IMG/VR virus record: IMGVR_UViG_3300025138_000015
Origin: a virus
DNA: 64,000 nucleotides
Direction: 5' to 3' (one strand)
Position numbers and translations under genes: made by a program
Shown: positions 1-9,906 of the stretch, piece after piece
How positions within the stretch are numbered: the stretch's first letter is position 1
Layout of the letters: each line of letters opens with the position of its first letter
The notes under the pieces: generated by a model
What the model saw: only the letters and a program-made list of their open reading frames with translations
Databases searched by the model: none
What the model was told of the DNA's origin: nothing

Positions 1-1494
1 ACCCTCTTTCTTTATTTGAGAGTCGATGATTTTGATATCTTCCTCTGTTTGATGCAACACATACTTTCTGATGTATTCATCTGAGAAGTATTTACCGACA
101 TATTCACTCATTTGTCCTAGAGTGTCCATTCGTTCTCTTAATACTTCTGCATCTTTTAATTCTGTAAAGTGGTTGTCTGTTGCCCAATCGTATTGAATAA
201 AATCTTTAATCTTATCAAACTCTTCTGAACTTACAATCTCTTTCAAAATTAATTGAGTTCTCAACATATCGTTGAATACTCTTGCAAATTTCTTTTGAAG
301 TCTATTAGTAAACTTATTAAACTTCAATTCGTCTCTCGTAATCTCTGATGATTTACCCATGTTGAAACCATTATCTGATTCCATACGAGAGATAGGTACA
401 TTCAATGCACGATATAGTTTCTTTTTAAAGTATTCTATATCTGCAATGTCATCTAAATTCTGACCACCTGGAAGTGTAGATATCTCTGTTCCTCTACCAC
501 CTTCTCTTCTCGGTAACCAAAAGTCTTCCATCATTGACATGTGTTTTCTGTCGTCTTTGATTTCACCTGTCTGAGCATTATAAACAAGTTTATTTCTATA
601 CTTGTTCATTACATCTGACAAATACTGTTCTGCTTTTGCCTTTGGCAAGTTACCAACATCGATGTAGAAGATTCTTCTTTCTGGTGCTCTTGATATCCTA
701 TAGATAACAAGTGCATCTTCTATCATTGACAACTGATTTGCAGTCTTCATTGCCTTATGTAGATACCCAACTACAACATTTTTAGTGTAGTCTAATAGAC
801 CTGAAGTAGTATAACATACTGCCTCTGGTGCAATCTTGACGGTGTTTCCTTCTCCAGAACCACTCTTGTCAAAACCTCTATCGTTGAAAAGATAAAACTC
901 TTCAACCTTTGTAATCTTTTCAACATTCGTTTTATTGTCTCTGTCTTTCTCAATATTACGAACTTTCTTAATCTTTATAGGGTCAATATTCCTAATGTCG
1001 ATGATACCTGCTTTAGGTCTTTTTGAGTCCACAACTTTATGAAAGTAGACTCTACCATCGATGTACCATTTTCTGAATAATTCATGAGAGTTCTGATTGA
1101 ATCTCATTATGTTTAGGATGTGATAAAACTCGTCTTGCACCTTACTTTTGATGCTATCAGAGAGTTTTGCATCTCTGAGGTCGAGTGATACTATCCTATC
1201 CGAAGTATCAGAAGTAATACACTCATTTACTATATCTTCAATTGCTGAGTCACACTCAGGTATTAAAGATATTTCACGGTATCTTTTAATGAGTTCTGAC
1301 TCATTTTTGACACCACCTTCCATGTCGATATATGACCCATAAGCACCACCTGTAATAAAACCACCTGGTTGGGTTTGTATAACTGGTGTGCCATCGTCAT
1401 CGACTGGCGGTACGAAAGAGACTGCTTTTTTATCAATCTCTAACGCTCTTAACTCGTCTCTTTTACGAGTGATTTCGAACCCGAATATTTCCAT
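1..1494 (-). CDS. gp20: Portal vertex protein gp20 (3' end runs off the window)
   Basis: Manual translation from ATG at 1494: MEIFGFEITRK...YREISLIPECDSAIEDIVNE..., later RAPERRIFYIDVGNLPKAKAEQYL and EDFWLPRREGGRGTEISTLPGGQNL; follows gp19 as in T4. Confidence 0.95.
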   Translation of the reverse strand, partial: MEIFGFEITRKRDELRALEIDKKAVSFVPPVDDDGTPVIQTQPGGFITGGAYGSYIDMEGGVKNESELIKRYREISLIPECDSAIEDIVNECITSDTSDRIVSLDLRDAKLSDSIKSKVQDEFYHILNIMRFNQNSHELFRKWYIDGRVYFHKVVDSKRPKAGIIDIRNIDPIKIKKVRNIEKDRDNKTNVEKITKVEEFYLFNDRGFDKSGSGEGNTVKIAPEAVCYTTSGLLDYTKNVVVGYLHKAMKTANQLSMIEDALVIYRISRAPERRIFYIDVGNLPKAKAEQYLSDVMNKYRNKLVYNAQTGEIKDDRKHMSMMEDFWLPRREGGRGTEISTLPGGQNLDDIADIEYFKKKLYRALNVPISRMESDNGFNMGKSSEITRDELKFNKFTNRLQKKFARVFNDMLRTQLILKEIVSSEEFDKIKDFIQYDWATDNHFTELKDAEVLRERMDTLGQMSEYVGKYFSDEYIRKYVLHQTEEDIKIIDSQIKKEG

Positions 1495-1499
1495 ACTAT

Positions 1500-1507
1500 T
1501 ATTTATA
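1500..1507 (-). promoter_or_regulatory. T4-type late promoter TATAAATA for gp20
   Basis: Exact consensus 5 nt upstream of the ATG. Confidence 0.8.
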
Positions 1508-1535
1508 ACACCCTTTTAGGTGCTAATTTCACTTA

Positions 1536-2033
1536 TTAAACTACTCTTTCCCAATGGGAAAAAGCGAATACTGCATCAAAAGTCTCTATTGCATCACCTG
1601 TATCGTAATCTAATGCGATTGGACCGATTGACTTAGGATACATGTTAAAAAATTCATATCTTGCTAGAACTCCGTCTGCTTTATCTAACTGTTCTACGAA
1701 TGCTCTATCAACCATATAATCTAATGTTGATGAACCTCTTGAATCAGAAGTTCCAGCAATCTCATTCATATGAGATTCTAAACCTGTTCTAACTTCAAAG
1801 TTAACATCATTAATTATGGTTACAGTCCAATCTTCGAAAGTTCTGTCACCAGGTAATTTTAATGTATTACCCATATGTTTAACAGAGATATCTCCGAATG
1901 CTGAACCTGGCATACTAGCAGCCTTAGCTAAAAACTCTATTTTGTTTCCTACTCTTGGGATAAAGACTTTGAATCGGTTAGCTCTTGGGCCGCCTCCGAT
2001 TAAGTTTGCTTTAAATTGGTCTATTGTTGCCAT
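1536..2033 (-). CDS. gp19: Tail tube protein gp19
   Basis: GGGPRANRF, LPGDRTFEDWTVTIINDVNF, IETFDAVFAFSHW; between gp18 and gp20. Confidence 0.93.
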   Translation of the reverse strand: MATIDQFKANLIGGGPRANRFKVFIPRVGNKIEFLAKAASMPGSAFGDISVKHMGNTLKLPGDRTFEDWTVTIINDVNFEVRTGLESHMNEIAGTSDSRGSSTLDYMVDRAFVEQLDKADGVLARYEFFNMYPKSIGPIALDYDTGDAIETFDAVFAFSHWERVV

Positions 2034-2045
2034 TCTTTACTCTCC

Positions 2046-4037
2046 TTAAACTGCTGAATAGATTTCACTAAACTCTACACCACTTCTCGCAGCTACAAAG
2101 TTCAATGTAATAAAGTTAATTGAACGAGCAGGTTTTACAAAGATTGAACAAACGAATTCGTTTCTGTCAATCACTGTATCAGTGTTATTTGTTTCGTCAC
2201 AAATAACTGAGAAGTCTACTAATCCTCTTCTGTTTTTTACATCTCTTAGGAAAGGTTCAACAGCACTTCTAAATTGTGCTCTTGTAAATGCATCGTTGAA
2301 CTCAAACAATTGTGCTTGAGCAGCCGCTGCTATTGCTTTCTCTAATACTATGAATAATCTTCTAACATTGATTCTATCGAATGCAGAAGGTGTTGTTAAT
2401 GCTGTTTTGTCACCAAATAGTACAGTACCTTGTCCAGGGAATGTGACTATTGGATTAATTCTTGCACGATATAGGTCATCTCTACTTCCTTGTTTCGGAT
2501 TGAAAGCAAGTTTAGTGATACCTAAGTATTGTCCTCTGCTGAATCCAGCAGGTGAGAACCATGGGTCTCTTAACAAGTCTGACCTTGCCATGATACCTGC
2601 AGTGTGTCCGTTGCCTGGAACCCAACAATACTTGTCATTGAATCTATCGTAAGAATATACCCAACCTGAATCTAACACTGCATATGATGAAGATGTGACA
2701 TTTGAAAAGTCTGCTTTAACATTTGCTACTTGTGTTGATTCTGAAGAAACATCAACGATTGATGTTTTTCTTGGTGAACATATGAACATGCAATCTTTTC
2801 TTGTTGTTGCAAGTAATATACCTTGATTCACTATTGTATTATGGTCTGCAACTGTATCTTGGTCTGTTCCACTTCCGTTATCAGTTCTTGTTGAACCACA
2901 TATTAAGAATGAAATGTCTACTGTATCTGCATCTGAGAAATGTGTGTCCCATGCACCATACTTTTGACCTGCAGTAGGACTTCTTCCGTCTACACCTGCA
3001 GATAGTGAATAGTTCACTGGTAATAATGGTCTTAAAAATGCAGCTGCAACTGATTGTGCATGAGTTCTATCTACTGTAGAACCATTAATGATTGTTGATT
3101 TATGACCTGACCACCATACCCATTCGGAATCTCTTGCAATTACATTCTTGTAGTAATTACTTCTTCCTGTTGAGTCTTTAGCGTCTGAAGCACAAGAAAC
3201 ATATCCGTGAGTCTCTAGGACTCCGTTAACTGTTCCTGATATTTCTCCATCTTCGTCTATGACAACGATGTGCATTTCATCTGCAGTTCCTGAAACCGCT
3301 GATTGAGCTGCTGAAATACCTGGTGCAGAATCAAACAAGTTATGGAATTCCCAATATCTATCGATATTAGAACCACTTGATTGAGCTACTAATAAACCTG
3401 TGCCAGCTGGTTGATTCAATGCAACAATAGTTATAGATGTTCCGTCTGGTTTTGATATAACTCTGTAGAAGTTATTATCACCTTGGAACTGAACCTGGTC
3501 TCTTATGTTGAATACTGATGAATCGGCAACTGAAATTATAGTTTGTCCGACTGCTTCTGTTCCACCTACAGTGGTAACTGAGTCGTTATAATATGCGTTC
3601 GCTGACGCACATACGGAAACTTTGACTGAGTTTCCTAAAGAACCTGCATATCTCGCTACCCAATCTCCGACTGTGCCGGACTGAGTTCCACCTTTATAGG
3701 TGCTTTCGTACTCGCCATCATTCTTTAGTAGTTGAGATGCACCACCTAAAGCATTTGCTGATGCTAAAGATGTTGTGTTAATTCTAACTACTCTTAGTGA
3801 TGAACCATACTTCAAGAATGCTTCTGCTGAATAAAAGTCTTCAGCTCCAGCATCGGTATTTGCAGGTGACGAAAACTCATCTATCAAACCCTTACTATCT
3901 GAAACTGTTTTTACTTCATCAACAGGTCCCCACTTAAATTGACCTGCAAAAGCACCAGTAGTGCTTGAAACTGCAGGCACAACATTTGTTAAGTCTATCT
4001 CTGAGACTTGAACTCCTGGTGATACTTGAAATGCCAT
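2046..4037 (-). CDS. gp18: Tail sheath protein gp18
   Basis: MAFQVSPGVQVSEIDLT, PWFSPAG, FDRINVRRLF, KPARSINFITLNFVA. Confidence 0.97.
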   Translation of the reverse strand: MAFQVSPGVQVSEIDLTNVVPAVSSTTGAFAGQFKWGPVDEVKTVSDSKGLIDEFSSPANTDAGAEDFYSAEAFLKYGSSLRVVRINTTSLASANALGGASQLLKNDGEYESTYKGGTQSGTVGDWVARYAGSLGNSVKVSVCASANAYYNDSVTTVGGTEAVGQTIISVADSSVFNIRDQVQFQGDNNFYRVISKPDGTSITIVALNQPAGTGLLVAQSSGSNIDRYWEFHNLFDSAPGISAAQSAVSGTADEMHIVVIDEDGEISGTVNGVLETHGYVSCASDAKDSTGRSNYYKNVIARDSEWVWWSGHKSTIINGSTVDRTHAQSVAAAFLRPLLPVNYSLSAGVDGRSPTAGQKYGAWDTHFSDADTVDISFLICGSTRTDNGSGTDQDTVADHNTIVNQGILLATTRKDCMFICSPRKTSIVDVSSESTQVANVKADFSNVTSSSYAVLDSGWVYSYDRFNDKYCWVPGNGHTAGIMARSDLLRDPWFSPAGFSRGQYLGITKLAFNPKQGSRDDLYRARINPIVTFPGQGTVLFGDKTALTTPSAFDRINVRRLFIVLEKAIAAAAQAQLFEFNDAFTRAQFRSAVEPFLRDVKNRRGLVDFSVICDETNNTDTVIDRNEFVCSIFVKPARSINFITLNFVAARSGVEFSEIYSAV

Positions 4038-4074
4038 ACTTTTCTCCTGTTAATGTAAAAAGTGTTTACTAGAT

Positions 4075-4082
4075 TATTTATA
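4075..4082 (-). promoter_or_regulatory. Late promoter TATAAATA for gp18/gp19
   Basis: Exact consensus in the intergenic gap, followed by AGGAG RBS. Confidence 0.75.
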
Positions 4083-4134
4083 AGTTTAAATAACCCAATG
4101 AATGCTTCCGTTTACATTCTATACATGTATTTAG

Positions 4135-5715
4135 TTAATCTAAAAACCATCTATCTCCATCAGCATCGACAAAGGATTCAGTATTGTTCTGTCCTGTATC
4201 GAATACACCTGCTGGTAATATATCGTCTTCTATTTGTTTTTGTTGTTCTGCGTATAATAGTTCTTTAACTTGTCTATCAGTTAAATGGTAAAAGTGTTCT
4301 GTTGTCACAAACCATGAGAATAACACTAGATTCATAACCATATCGTCATGAAACCCTCTATCTGCCTCAAAACTAGTACCTTTACTTATAAAAGTCATGA
4401 GTTCGGTGATACCTTCTCTATCACATATTGTCATTCGGTTCTCTTCTAATAACTCTTTTAATGTCGAACAACCTATTCTTTTAATTCTTTTAGTCATTGT
4501 CACACCGATATCTTCTGCTTTACTCATACCTTGAACAAAGACATTTGGATATTCTATATCATAATGTAGTTGTGTTGCAACCATTCCACCCTCTGCATTG
4601 TTCTCAATGATTACTAATGATTCATTATAGGGTGTAGTATACTTTGCAATTAGGTCTGGAAATAACATAGGAGATATCATATTATCTCTATAGGTACAAA
4701 CCTGTCTGAATGGTTTCACTGATATATCCATAATAGTAAATGTAGAATAGTCTATTCCACGACCTTTGGAGACATCAACAGTAGTAATATATGTGTGTCC
4801 TTCTTTAGGTTTCTCATATACTTTAACACCATCTCTGTTCCAATCTGGTTCTTTTGCCATTAAACCCAATAATGTATTAGAATTTATAAGAGTATTACCT
4901 GTTCCTAAGAATGAGTTTCCATACTCTTGTTCAAATTGTGCTTCTGATGTGTTTGCAATAGTCTCTTTCTTCCATTCTTCATCTCTTCCTGGTACATCGA
5001 ACCAGTTAATAAGAAAGTGTTTATATTCAGATTGTTTATGAACGGCACTTTCATATATCTTATAGAACATATTACCAACACCGTTTGCAGTAGATGTAAT
5101 GATAACCTTAGAATCTTTACCAGATGTGACAACAGGATATGTTGCAGTATAGAATGTCTCTGCATCATCAACGAAGGCAAACTCATCAAGATACAAGAGG
5201 TTAATAGACAATCCACGGATACTGGAACTGGAAGTTGCCGCAGCGACTACTTTTGAGTCGTTTGCAAATTCTATGGACCCTTTGTTAAGTATTTTTACTC
5301 CAGGTTGTAGGAAAAAGGGAACACTTTCCAACATGGTTACCATTCTTGCAATCATTTCTCTTGCAATTGCACCTTTGTTTGCCAAAACAGCAACAGTGAC
5401 TTCTGGATTAAAGAGTAAAAACCATAATAGATACGCACAAGATGTGATTGATTTACCACTCTGACGAGATGCAAGAACGATATTAAAACGATTTGAGTTG
5501 TAGTGTTCGATGAGTCTGTCTTGGTACCCACGAAGTTTAAAGGGTACCATACCCTCATCTAGTGATATAATTTGTGTATAGTTCTCAATAAAATGACAAG
5601 GGTCTTGTGAACATTTCACATACTCTTGCATTTCTTGGTCGGAATACTTAGTTTCAATACCTGACCTTTTGACTAAAGTGTTACCTAAGTAACCTTCGTT
5701 TTTAGGTTGTACCAT
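4135..5715 (-). CDS. gp17: Terminase large subunit gp17
   Basis: Walker A SRQSGKS, Walker B LYLDEFAF, IITSTANG, nuclease VDVSKGRGIDYS and HDDMVM. Confidence 0.97.
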   Translation of the reverse strand: MVQPKNEGYLGNTLVKRSGIETKYSDQEMQEYVKCSQDPCHFIENYTQIISLDEGMVPFKLRGYQDRLIEHYNSNRFNIVLASRQSGKSITSCAYLLWFLLFNPEVTVAVLANKGAIAREMIARMVTMLESVPFFLQPGVKILNKGSIEFANDSKVVAAATSSSSIRGLSINLLYLDEFAFVDDAETFYTATYPVVTSGKDSKVIITSTANGVGNMFYKIYESAVHKQSEYKHFLINWFDVPGRDEEWKKETIANTSEAQFEQEYGNSFLGTGNTLINSNTLLGLMAKEPDWNRDGVKVYEKPKEGHTYITTVDVSKGRGIDYSTFTIMDISVKPFRQVCTYRDNMISPMLFPDLIAKYTTPYNESLVIIENNAEGGMVATQLHYDIEYPNVFVQGMSKAEDIGVTMTKRIKRIGCSTLKELLEENRMTICDREGITELMTFISKGTSFEADRGFHDDMVMNLVLFSWFVTTEHFYHLTDRQVKELLYAEQQKQIEDDILPAGVFDTGQNNTESFVDADGDRWFLD

Positions 5716-6463
5716 GTTTTAAACCCCAATGAGATATAGGCAGATGATTTGATAATTCATGTTTGCCATCAAATGTAAAAATCCAACCCAAATAATTCCA
5801 TGTTTCAATTGACTTGTAGTATGTTAAAAATTCCAAGTTTCCTTCCCATATTATCTTTTTATAATGAAAATTATTTCTATACATCAAATTTTCTTTTATA
5901 TCAGGATAGTAATCTTGTAAGAACTGTTTAGAATATTTGGAATGTTTATCATAACCTATATCTTCGTATTCACAAGTTGACTCTCCTCTGATATCTGATA
6001 GTTGCACTTTATTTGGATATAGTTTATCTATAAAGTTATGTCTTGTTGCGTATTCAACTAAGTCCAGTATGTGTCCAACATCTAACTCTTTATCTTCTTC
6101 TTTATAAAAGTTTTTAAGAAATCGTTTTTCATCCCAAAGTTCTGATGTTAACCATTCATGCAAGTAGATATCACATTCTGGTAATTCTGTTTCTAGTAAA
6201 TCACCATGAATATACTCTACTGTATCTCCTAGAATCTCTTTCATTCTATCTATAAGTTCAGACCGTCTCTCTAAGGCATATACTTTCTTTGCACCATACT
6301 TGACTGCAAGATAACATAGTATGCCTGAACCAGCACCCAAATCTATGACTATTTTATCTTTAACATTCTCTGATATCCAATTCTCATATGATGTATTTCT
6401 TTGAGAGTCGGTGAAGCAATATGCGGTTTTAAAGAACTCCACATCTTTTGGTGGTTTAATCAT
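5702..6463 (-). CDS. Class I SAM-dependent methyltransferase, protein arginine methyltransferase (PRMT)-like
   Basis: Motif I VIDLGAGSG, post-I VYALE, CDIYLHEWLTSELWDE (double-E-loop-like), C-terminal SHW. Confidence 0.75.
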   Translation of the reverse strand: MIKPPKDVEFFKTAYCFTDSQRNTSYENWISENVKDKIVIDLGAGSGILCYLAVKYGAKKVYALERRSELIDRMKEILGDTVEYIHGDLLETELPECDIYLHEWLTSELWDEKRFLKNFYKEEDKELDVGHILDLVEYATRHNFIDKLYPNKVQLSDIRGESTCEYEDIGYDKHSKYSKQFLQDYYPDIKENLMYRNNFHYKKIIWEGNLEFLTYYKSIETWNYLGWIFTFDGKHELSNHLPISHWGLKHGTT

Positions 6464-6466
6464 AAT

Positions 6467-6862
6467 CTATTTGTTTTTCTTTAAGAACTTCTGTAATTCT
6501 GCAGTTGACCCAACATATAAATGATTGTGTTGGTCTCTAATTTTTTCATCATTGTCTTCAAGTTTTCTAAGTTTCTGTTGAACATCGAGAAGCTTCTCTG
6601 CAGTCTCACCAACTGTTTTAATTAATTGGCCTGCAACTTCATATGCACGAGGATTCTCAGTCTCTTTACAGACATCTAAGATTCCTTCGATTGCATCTTG
6701 TCCTCTTTCAACAAGACCGTACAAGTTTTCTCTAGTGTATTTGTAATCAGTCTCAATGTTTTGAGACCTTTCTTTAGGAATTACCACTGCAGTGGTTTCT
6801 TTTTTAATCGAAGATTGAATGTCTAAAACATCATCTAGTTTTTTATCTATATCTTTTGGCAT
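6467..6862 (-). CDS. gp16: Terminase small subunit gp16
   Basis: PRAYEVAGQLIK and LYVGSTAELQKFL motifs; position between gp15 and gp17. Confidence 0.92.
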   Translation of the reverse strand: MPKDIDKKLDDVLDIQSSIKKETTAVVIPKERSQNIETDYKYTRENLYGLVERGQDAIEGILDVCKETENPRAYEVAGQLIKTVGETAEKLLDVQQKLRKLEDNDEKIRDQHNHLYVGSTAELQKFLKKNK

Positions 6863-6864
6863 AA

Positions 6865-7911
6865 TTAAGCATCACTTGTAAGGTCCTCTGAATATGTGGT
6901 AGAACCTCCGTCATCATAAAAATTCACTGTTTCTGCAACTACGAATGTATCACCTGGGTCTACTGAACCAACGAATAACAACTTCGTATTTGCATCAATA
7001 GTAATTGCATTACTCACTACTATTGATAATTTATTACTTGCAACCGATGTAATGGTAGGATTTGTTGTTAGGTTTGTACCAAACACTTCATCACTTGCAC
7101 TTATCTTACTATTTATGGCACTTGGGAAAGTGACTGTGGTTGAGTTAGATACAGCATTTGCAACTTCATCGAAAGCAGGTTCGTAATGTTTAACTTCTTT
7201 TACAAGACCTGAACTTTGAATTTGTGTTGTAGTGAAACCAACATTATCATCTGAGTTAATGTAATCTCTTTCAATAACATTTTTAATAATCTTACCAGTA
7301 TAAACAGGACCGAAGAAGTATAATTTCATATCAAAGTCTAATGAATACTCAATGAATCTCCTTTCTTCAAATCCACTCTCATAGTTATCTTCGAATGCTA
7401 CAGTTTTGAGTGTGATTGGTACATCTCTATAATCAGTCATAGAGTCAATCATTTTCATTGTGACTGTATACTCTGGTTGAAAATAGGGTATAATTTGTTC
7501 TACAATTTGTAATGCATCGTTCATGTTCTTAGTCATAATACTAAGTTTAAAACCTAATGTATATGGTGCAGGATTATATTGAAATCCTCTATTAACACCA
7601 TCTGATTCTAAGGAACTTTTCTGACTTCTAATTAACTTGTTTTGTTGTCTCGTTGCATCATATTCTATACTAGATAATTCAAACGCCATTCTAGGAAATG
7701 TCATACCTGTAATATTGCCATCTCGTTCTTTCGGGTCTACATTTATTCTCTCTAACCATTTCTGTTTTGGACCATATGATATAGGAACTATCTGTTGACC
7801 TACAACAGTACCATCTGCTTTTATCTTTTTAAGAGTTATGTTATTGAATAATGTTCCAAAAATAGATACACTTCTTTTAATTGTTTCATTATAAAAATAT
7901 GTACCGAACAT
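6865..7911 (-). CDS. gp15: Tail sheath stabiliser/completion protein gp15
   Basis: YFYNETIKRSVSIFGTLFNNI, VPISYGPKQKW, QIVEQIIPYFQP. Confidence 0.92.
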   Translation of the reverse strand: MFGTYFYNETIKRSVSIFGTLFNNITLKKIKADGTVVGQQIVPISYGPKQKWLERINVDPKERDGNITGMTFPRMAFELSSIEYDATRQQNKLIRSQKSSLESDGVNRGFQYNPAPYTLGFKLSIMTKNMNDALQIVEQIIPYFQPEYTVTMKMIDSMTDYRDVPITLKTVAFEDNYESGFEERRFIEYSLDFDMKLYFFGPVYTGKIIKNVIERDYINSDDNVGFTTTQIQSSGLVKEVKHYEPAFDEVANAVSNSTTVTFPSAINSKISASDEVFGTNLTTNPTITSVASNKLSIVVSNAITIDANTKLLFVGSVDPGDTFVVAETVNFYDDGGSTTYSEDLTSDA

Positions 7912-8765
7912 TATGTGACCTCACCGAAAGGATTGGTTTCTGAGAAGTCTAGGTAACCATCTGCACTAGTCTCTAAGTCTGCATTATCGGCACCTGTACC
8001 ATCATTCATTGTTAGAATATCTCTAATACTTGCAACTGTATAAGATGCATTGTTAACGGCACCAACTATCGTGTCACCAACCTGAATCGTTGTGGTGATG
8101 TCTTTAACTGTAAGTAGATGTGTAGATGCTTTCCAAGATGTTACCTCTCCAATGGTTGTACCACCAATGGATATTGATTCATTCGCTGCATAGTCACCTG
8201 AACCAGAAGAATCTAATGTTAATTGAATTGTATATGCTTGTTGGTCTTCAACGATATCAATTGCATCAATTTCTGTATCGAAGTCTTCTCCTGAGTATTC
8301 AAACAATGTACATTTGAGTTTGAAAACAAATAGTTTACCTATTTGATAGAAAGGATTTTGGTCTTCTACATATCTAATTTCAAACATAGAACCTGACATA
8401 GGAAAATATACTAAATCTCCTTCGTTAGGTCTAAGTGATGAAACTAAATTTGAATCTAATGATATGAATCTTTCCCAGGTTCTAAGTGAAAGTGTGAAGG
8501 TACATTCTTCTTGTGTTTGAATACCAAACTTAGAGAATAAATCCTCACCTTCAAACCCCTCAACATTATCCAAGTACATCTCTACTGAATAAGCATCTCC
8601 GAATTTTGATTGAACATCTTCTCCTAGAATAGAATCTTCTTCGACTATTTCTCTAGGCAGATAGTATGTTTCATGACCATAGAATCTAAGTGACTCAACA
8701 ACTAAATCCTCGTATAGGTGTTGTTCAGTATTAACTGCATGGTTAAAAAATACATTTGTTGGCAT
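7911..8765 (-). CDS. gp14: Neck protein gp14
   Basis: LVVESLRFYG, YYLPRE, RPNEGDLVYFP, FYQIGK, DFSETNPFGE. Confidence 0.93.
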   Translation of the reverse strand: MPTNVFFNHAVNTEQHLYEDLVVESLRFYGHETYYLPREIVEEDSILGEDVQSKFGDAYSVEMYLDNVEGFEGEDLFSKFGIQTQEECTFTLSLRTWERFISLDSNLVSSLRPNEGDLVYFPMSGSMFEIRYVEDQNPFYQIGKLFVFKLKCTLFEYSGEDFDTEIDAIDIVEDQQAYTIQLTLDSSGSGDYAANESISIGGTTIGEVTSWKASTHLLTVKDITTTIQVGDTIVGAVNNASYTVASIRDILTMNDGTGADNADLETSADGYLDFSETNPFGEVT

Positions 8766-8769
8766 AATA

Positions 8770-9585
8770 TTATCCCATTAAGTCAATTGGCATCATATCA
8801 AAATTCAACCTTGACTCTTCTTCTAATCGTGTAATCTCTTCTTGTGCTTCAGTCTTCATCTGAGTTGCATCTAATGTCACACCACCTGGTAATGCAACAC
8901 CTGAGAACTTAGATAAGTTTTCTCCCCATTGATACTTGACTAATGCAGTTGCATATTTCTTCAACCACATATCATTATATATGTCGGTAAAGTTTGTAGG
9001 GTCTATCTTTCTATAACATTCCACAATGATATACTCATCTGCACTTACATTTGAAGTGTCCATATCTAAGTATAGTCTGTTCTGATGAGTATTATATCTT
9101 ATTGGTGTTTGTCCAACCAGTAAATCATCTAACATACTAATGTGTTGTTGAACCATTGAATAGTTTAGAATGCTTGTTGATGTTAAATCTTGCATATCAT
9201 TAAGTCTCATTTGATATCTAAGGTCAAACATATTTAAATTGTGTTTATCATTGAATGGGAATATGTTCATAACAGCAAGAACAAACTCTGGAAGAACGAT
9301 ATAATTCTGTTGTTCTTTAAATGAAGTGTTTGAATAATCGTGTGTTCCTGCAGGATTCGATGTCATACTTGTATCAGTCTTCATCTGAGTTAGATTAGAA
9401 GATGTAAGTTGATGTTTTAGATATGTTTTAATAGAACCATCGTAATGATACTCATGAAAGTATTGTAGTGCCTCATCTATTCTATCATCAAACTGGTCGT
9501 CATCAACATTGATTTCTAAAACAGGCGCACCAAGTCTTCTTTTGATGTATTCTTTGAAGGTTGCTTTGCTATTTGGTTTTGCCAT
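8770..9585 (-). CDS. gp13: Neck protein gp13
   Basis: RRLGAPVLEINV, WLKKYATALVKYQWGENLSKF, LPGGVTLD. Confidence 0.93.
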   Translation of the reverse strand: MAKPNSKATFKEYIKRRLGAPVLEINVDDDQFDDRIDEALQYFHEYHYDGSIKTYLKHQLTSSNLTQMKTDTSMTSNPAGTHDYSNTSFKEQQNYIVLPEFVLAVMNIFPFNDKHNLNMFDLRYQMRLNDMQDLTSTSILNYSMVQQHISMLDDLLVGQTPIRYNTHQNRLYLDMDTSNVSADEYIIVECYRKIDPTNFTDIYNDMWLKKYATALVKYQWGENLSKFSGVALPGGVTLDATQMKTEAQEEITRLEEESRLNFDMMPIDLMG

Positions 9586-9613
9586 AGTAATATTCCATTT
9601 TAAGGTCTACTAC

Positions 9614-9621
9614 TATTTATA
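9614..9621 (-). promoter_or_regulatory. Late promoter TATAAATA for the gp13 operon
   Basis: Exact consensus upstream of gp13. Confidence 0.75.
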
Positions 9622-9627
9622 CAGATT

Positions 9628-9888
9628 CTATTCTTGGAAATAGGTTTTACTCTGGAGTCTATCTATCTTCTCATCAATTCTTTGAAGTTGTCTAGCAAGT
9701 CTTTCCATGTCTTGTTCAATCTCTTGCCTGGTGACATAGTCTCTAGCAACCTCTTCTCGTGTTTTGTTAACTAGAATATCAAGTCTTTTCTGTTCTGAGA
9801 GAACTGACCTTACAAGAAACCCTAACGGTGCTAATACTACCGTTATAAGTATATTCCAAATTACATGTGCGTCGATTATTAATTCCAT
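9628..9888 (-). CDS. Small protein with N-terminal TM helix and coiled coil (holin-like/hypothetical)
   Basis: Hydrophobic IWNILITVVLAPLGFLV followed by heptad-like charged region; CATAAATA promoter at 9894-9901. Confidence 0.6.
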   Translation of the reverse strand: MELIIDAHVIWNILITVVLAPLGFLVRSVLSEQKRLDILVNKTREEVARDYVTRQEIEQDMERLARQLQRIDEKIDRLQSKTYFQE

Positions 9889-9906
9889 ACAGTTATTTAT
9901 GGAATA

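Noticed and set aside
5702-6463. Intron or mobile endonuclease interrupting the terminase locus
   Set aside because: The insert is a free-standing methyltransferase ORF; gp16 and gp17 are intact with no intein or intron signs.
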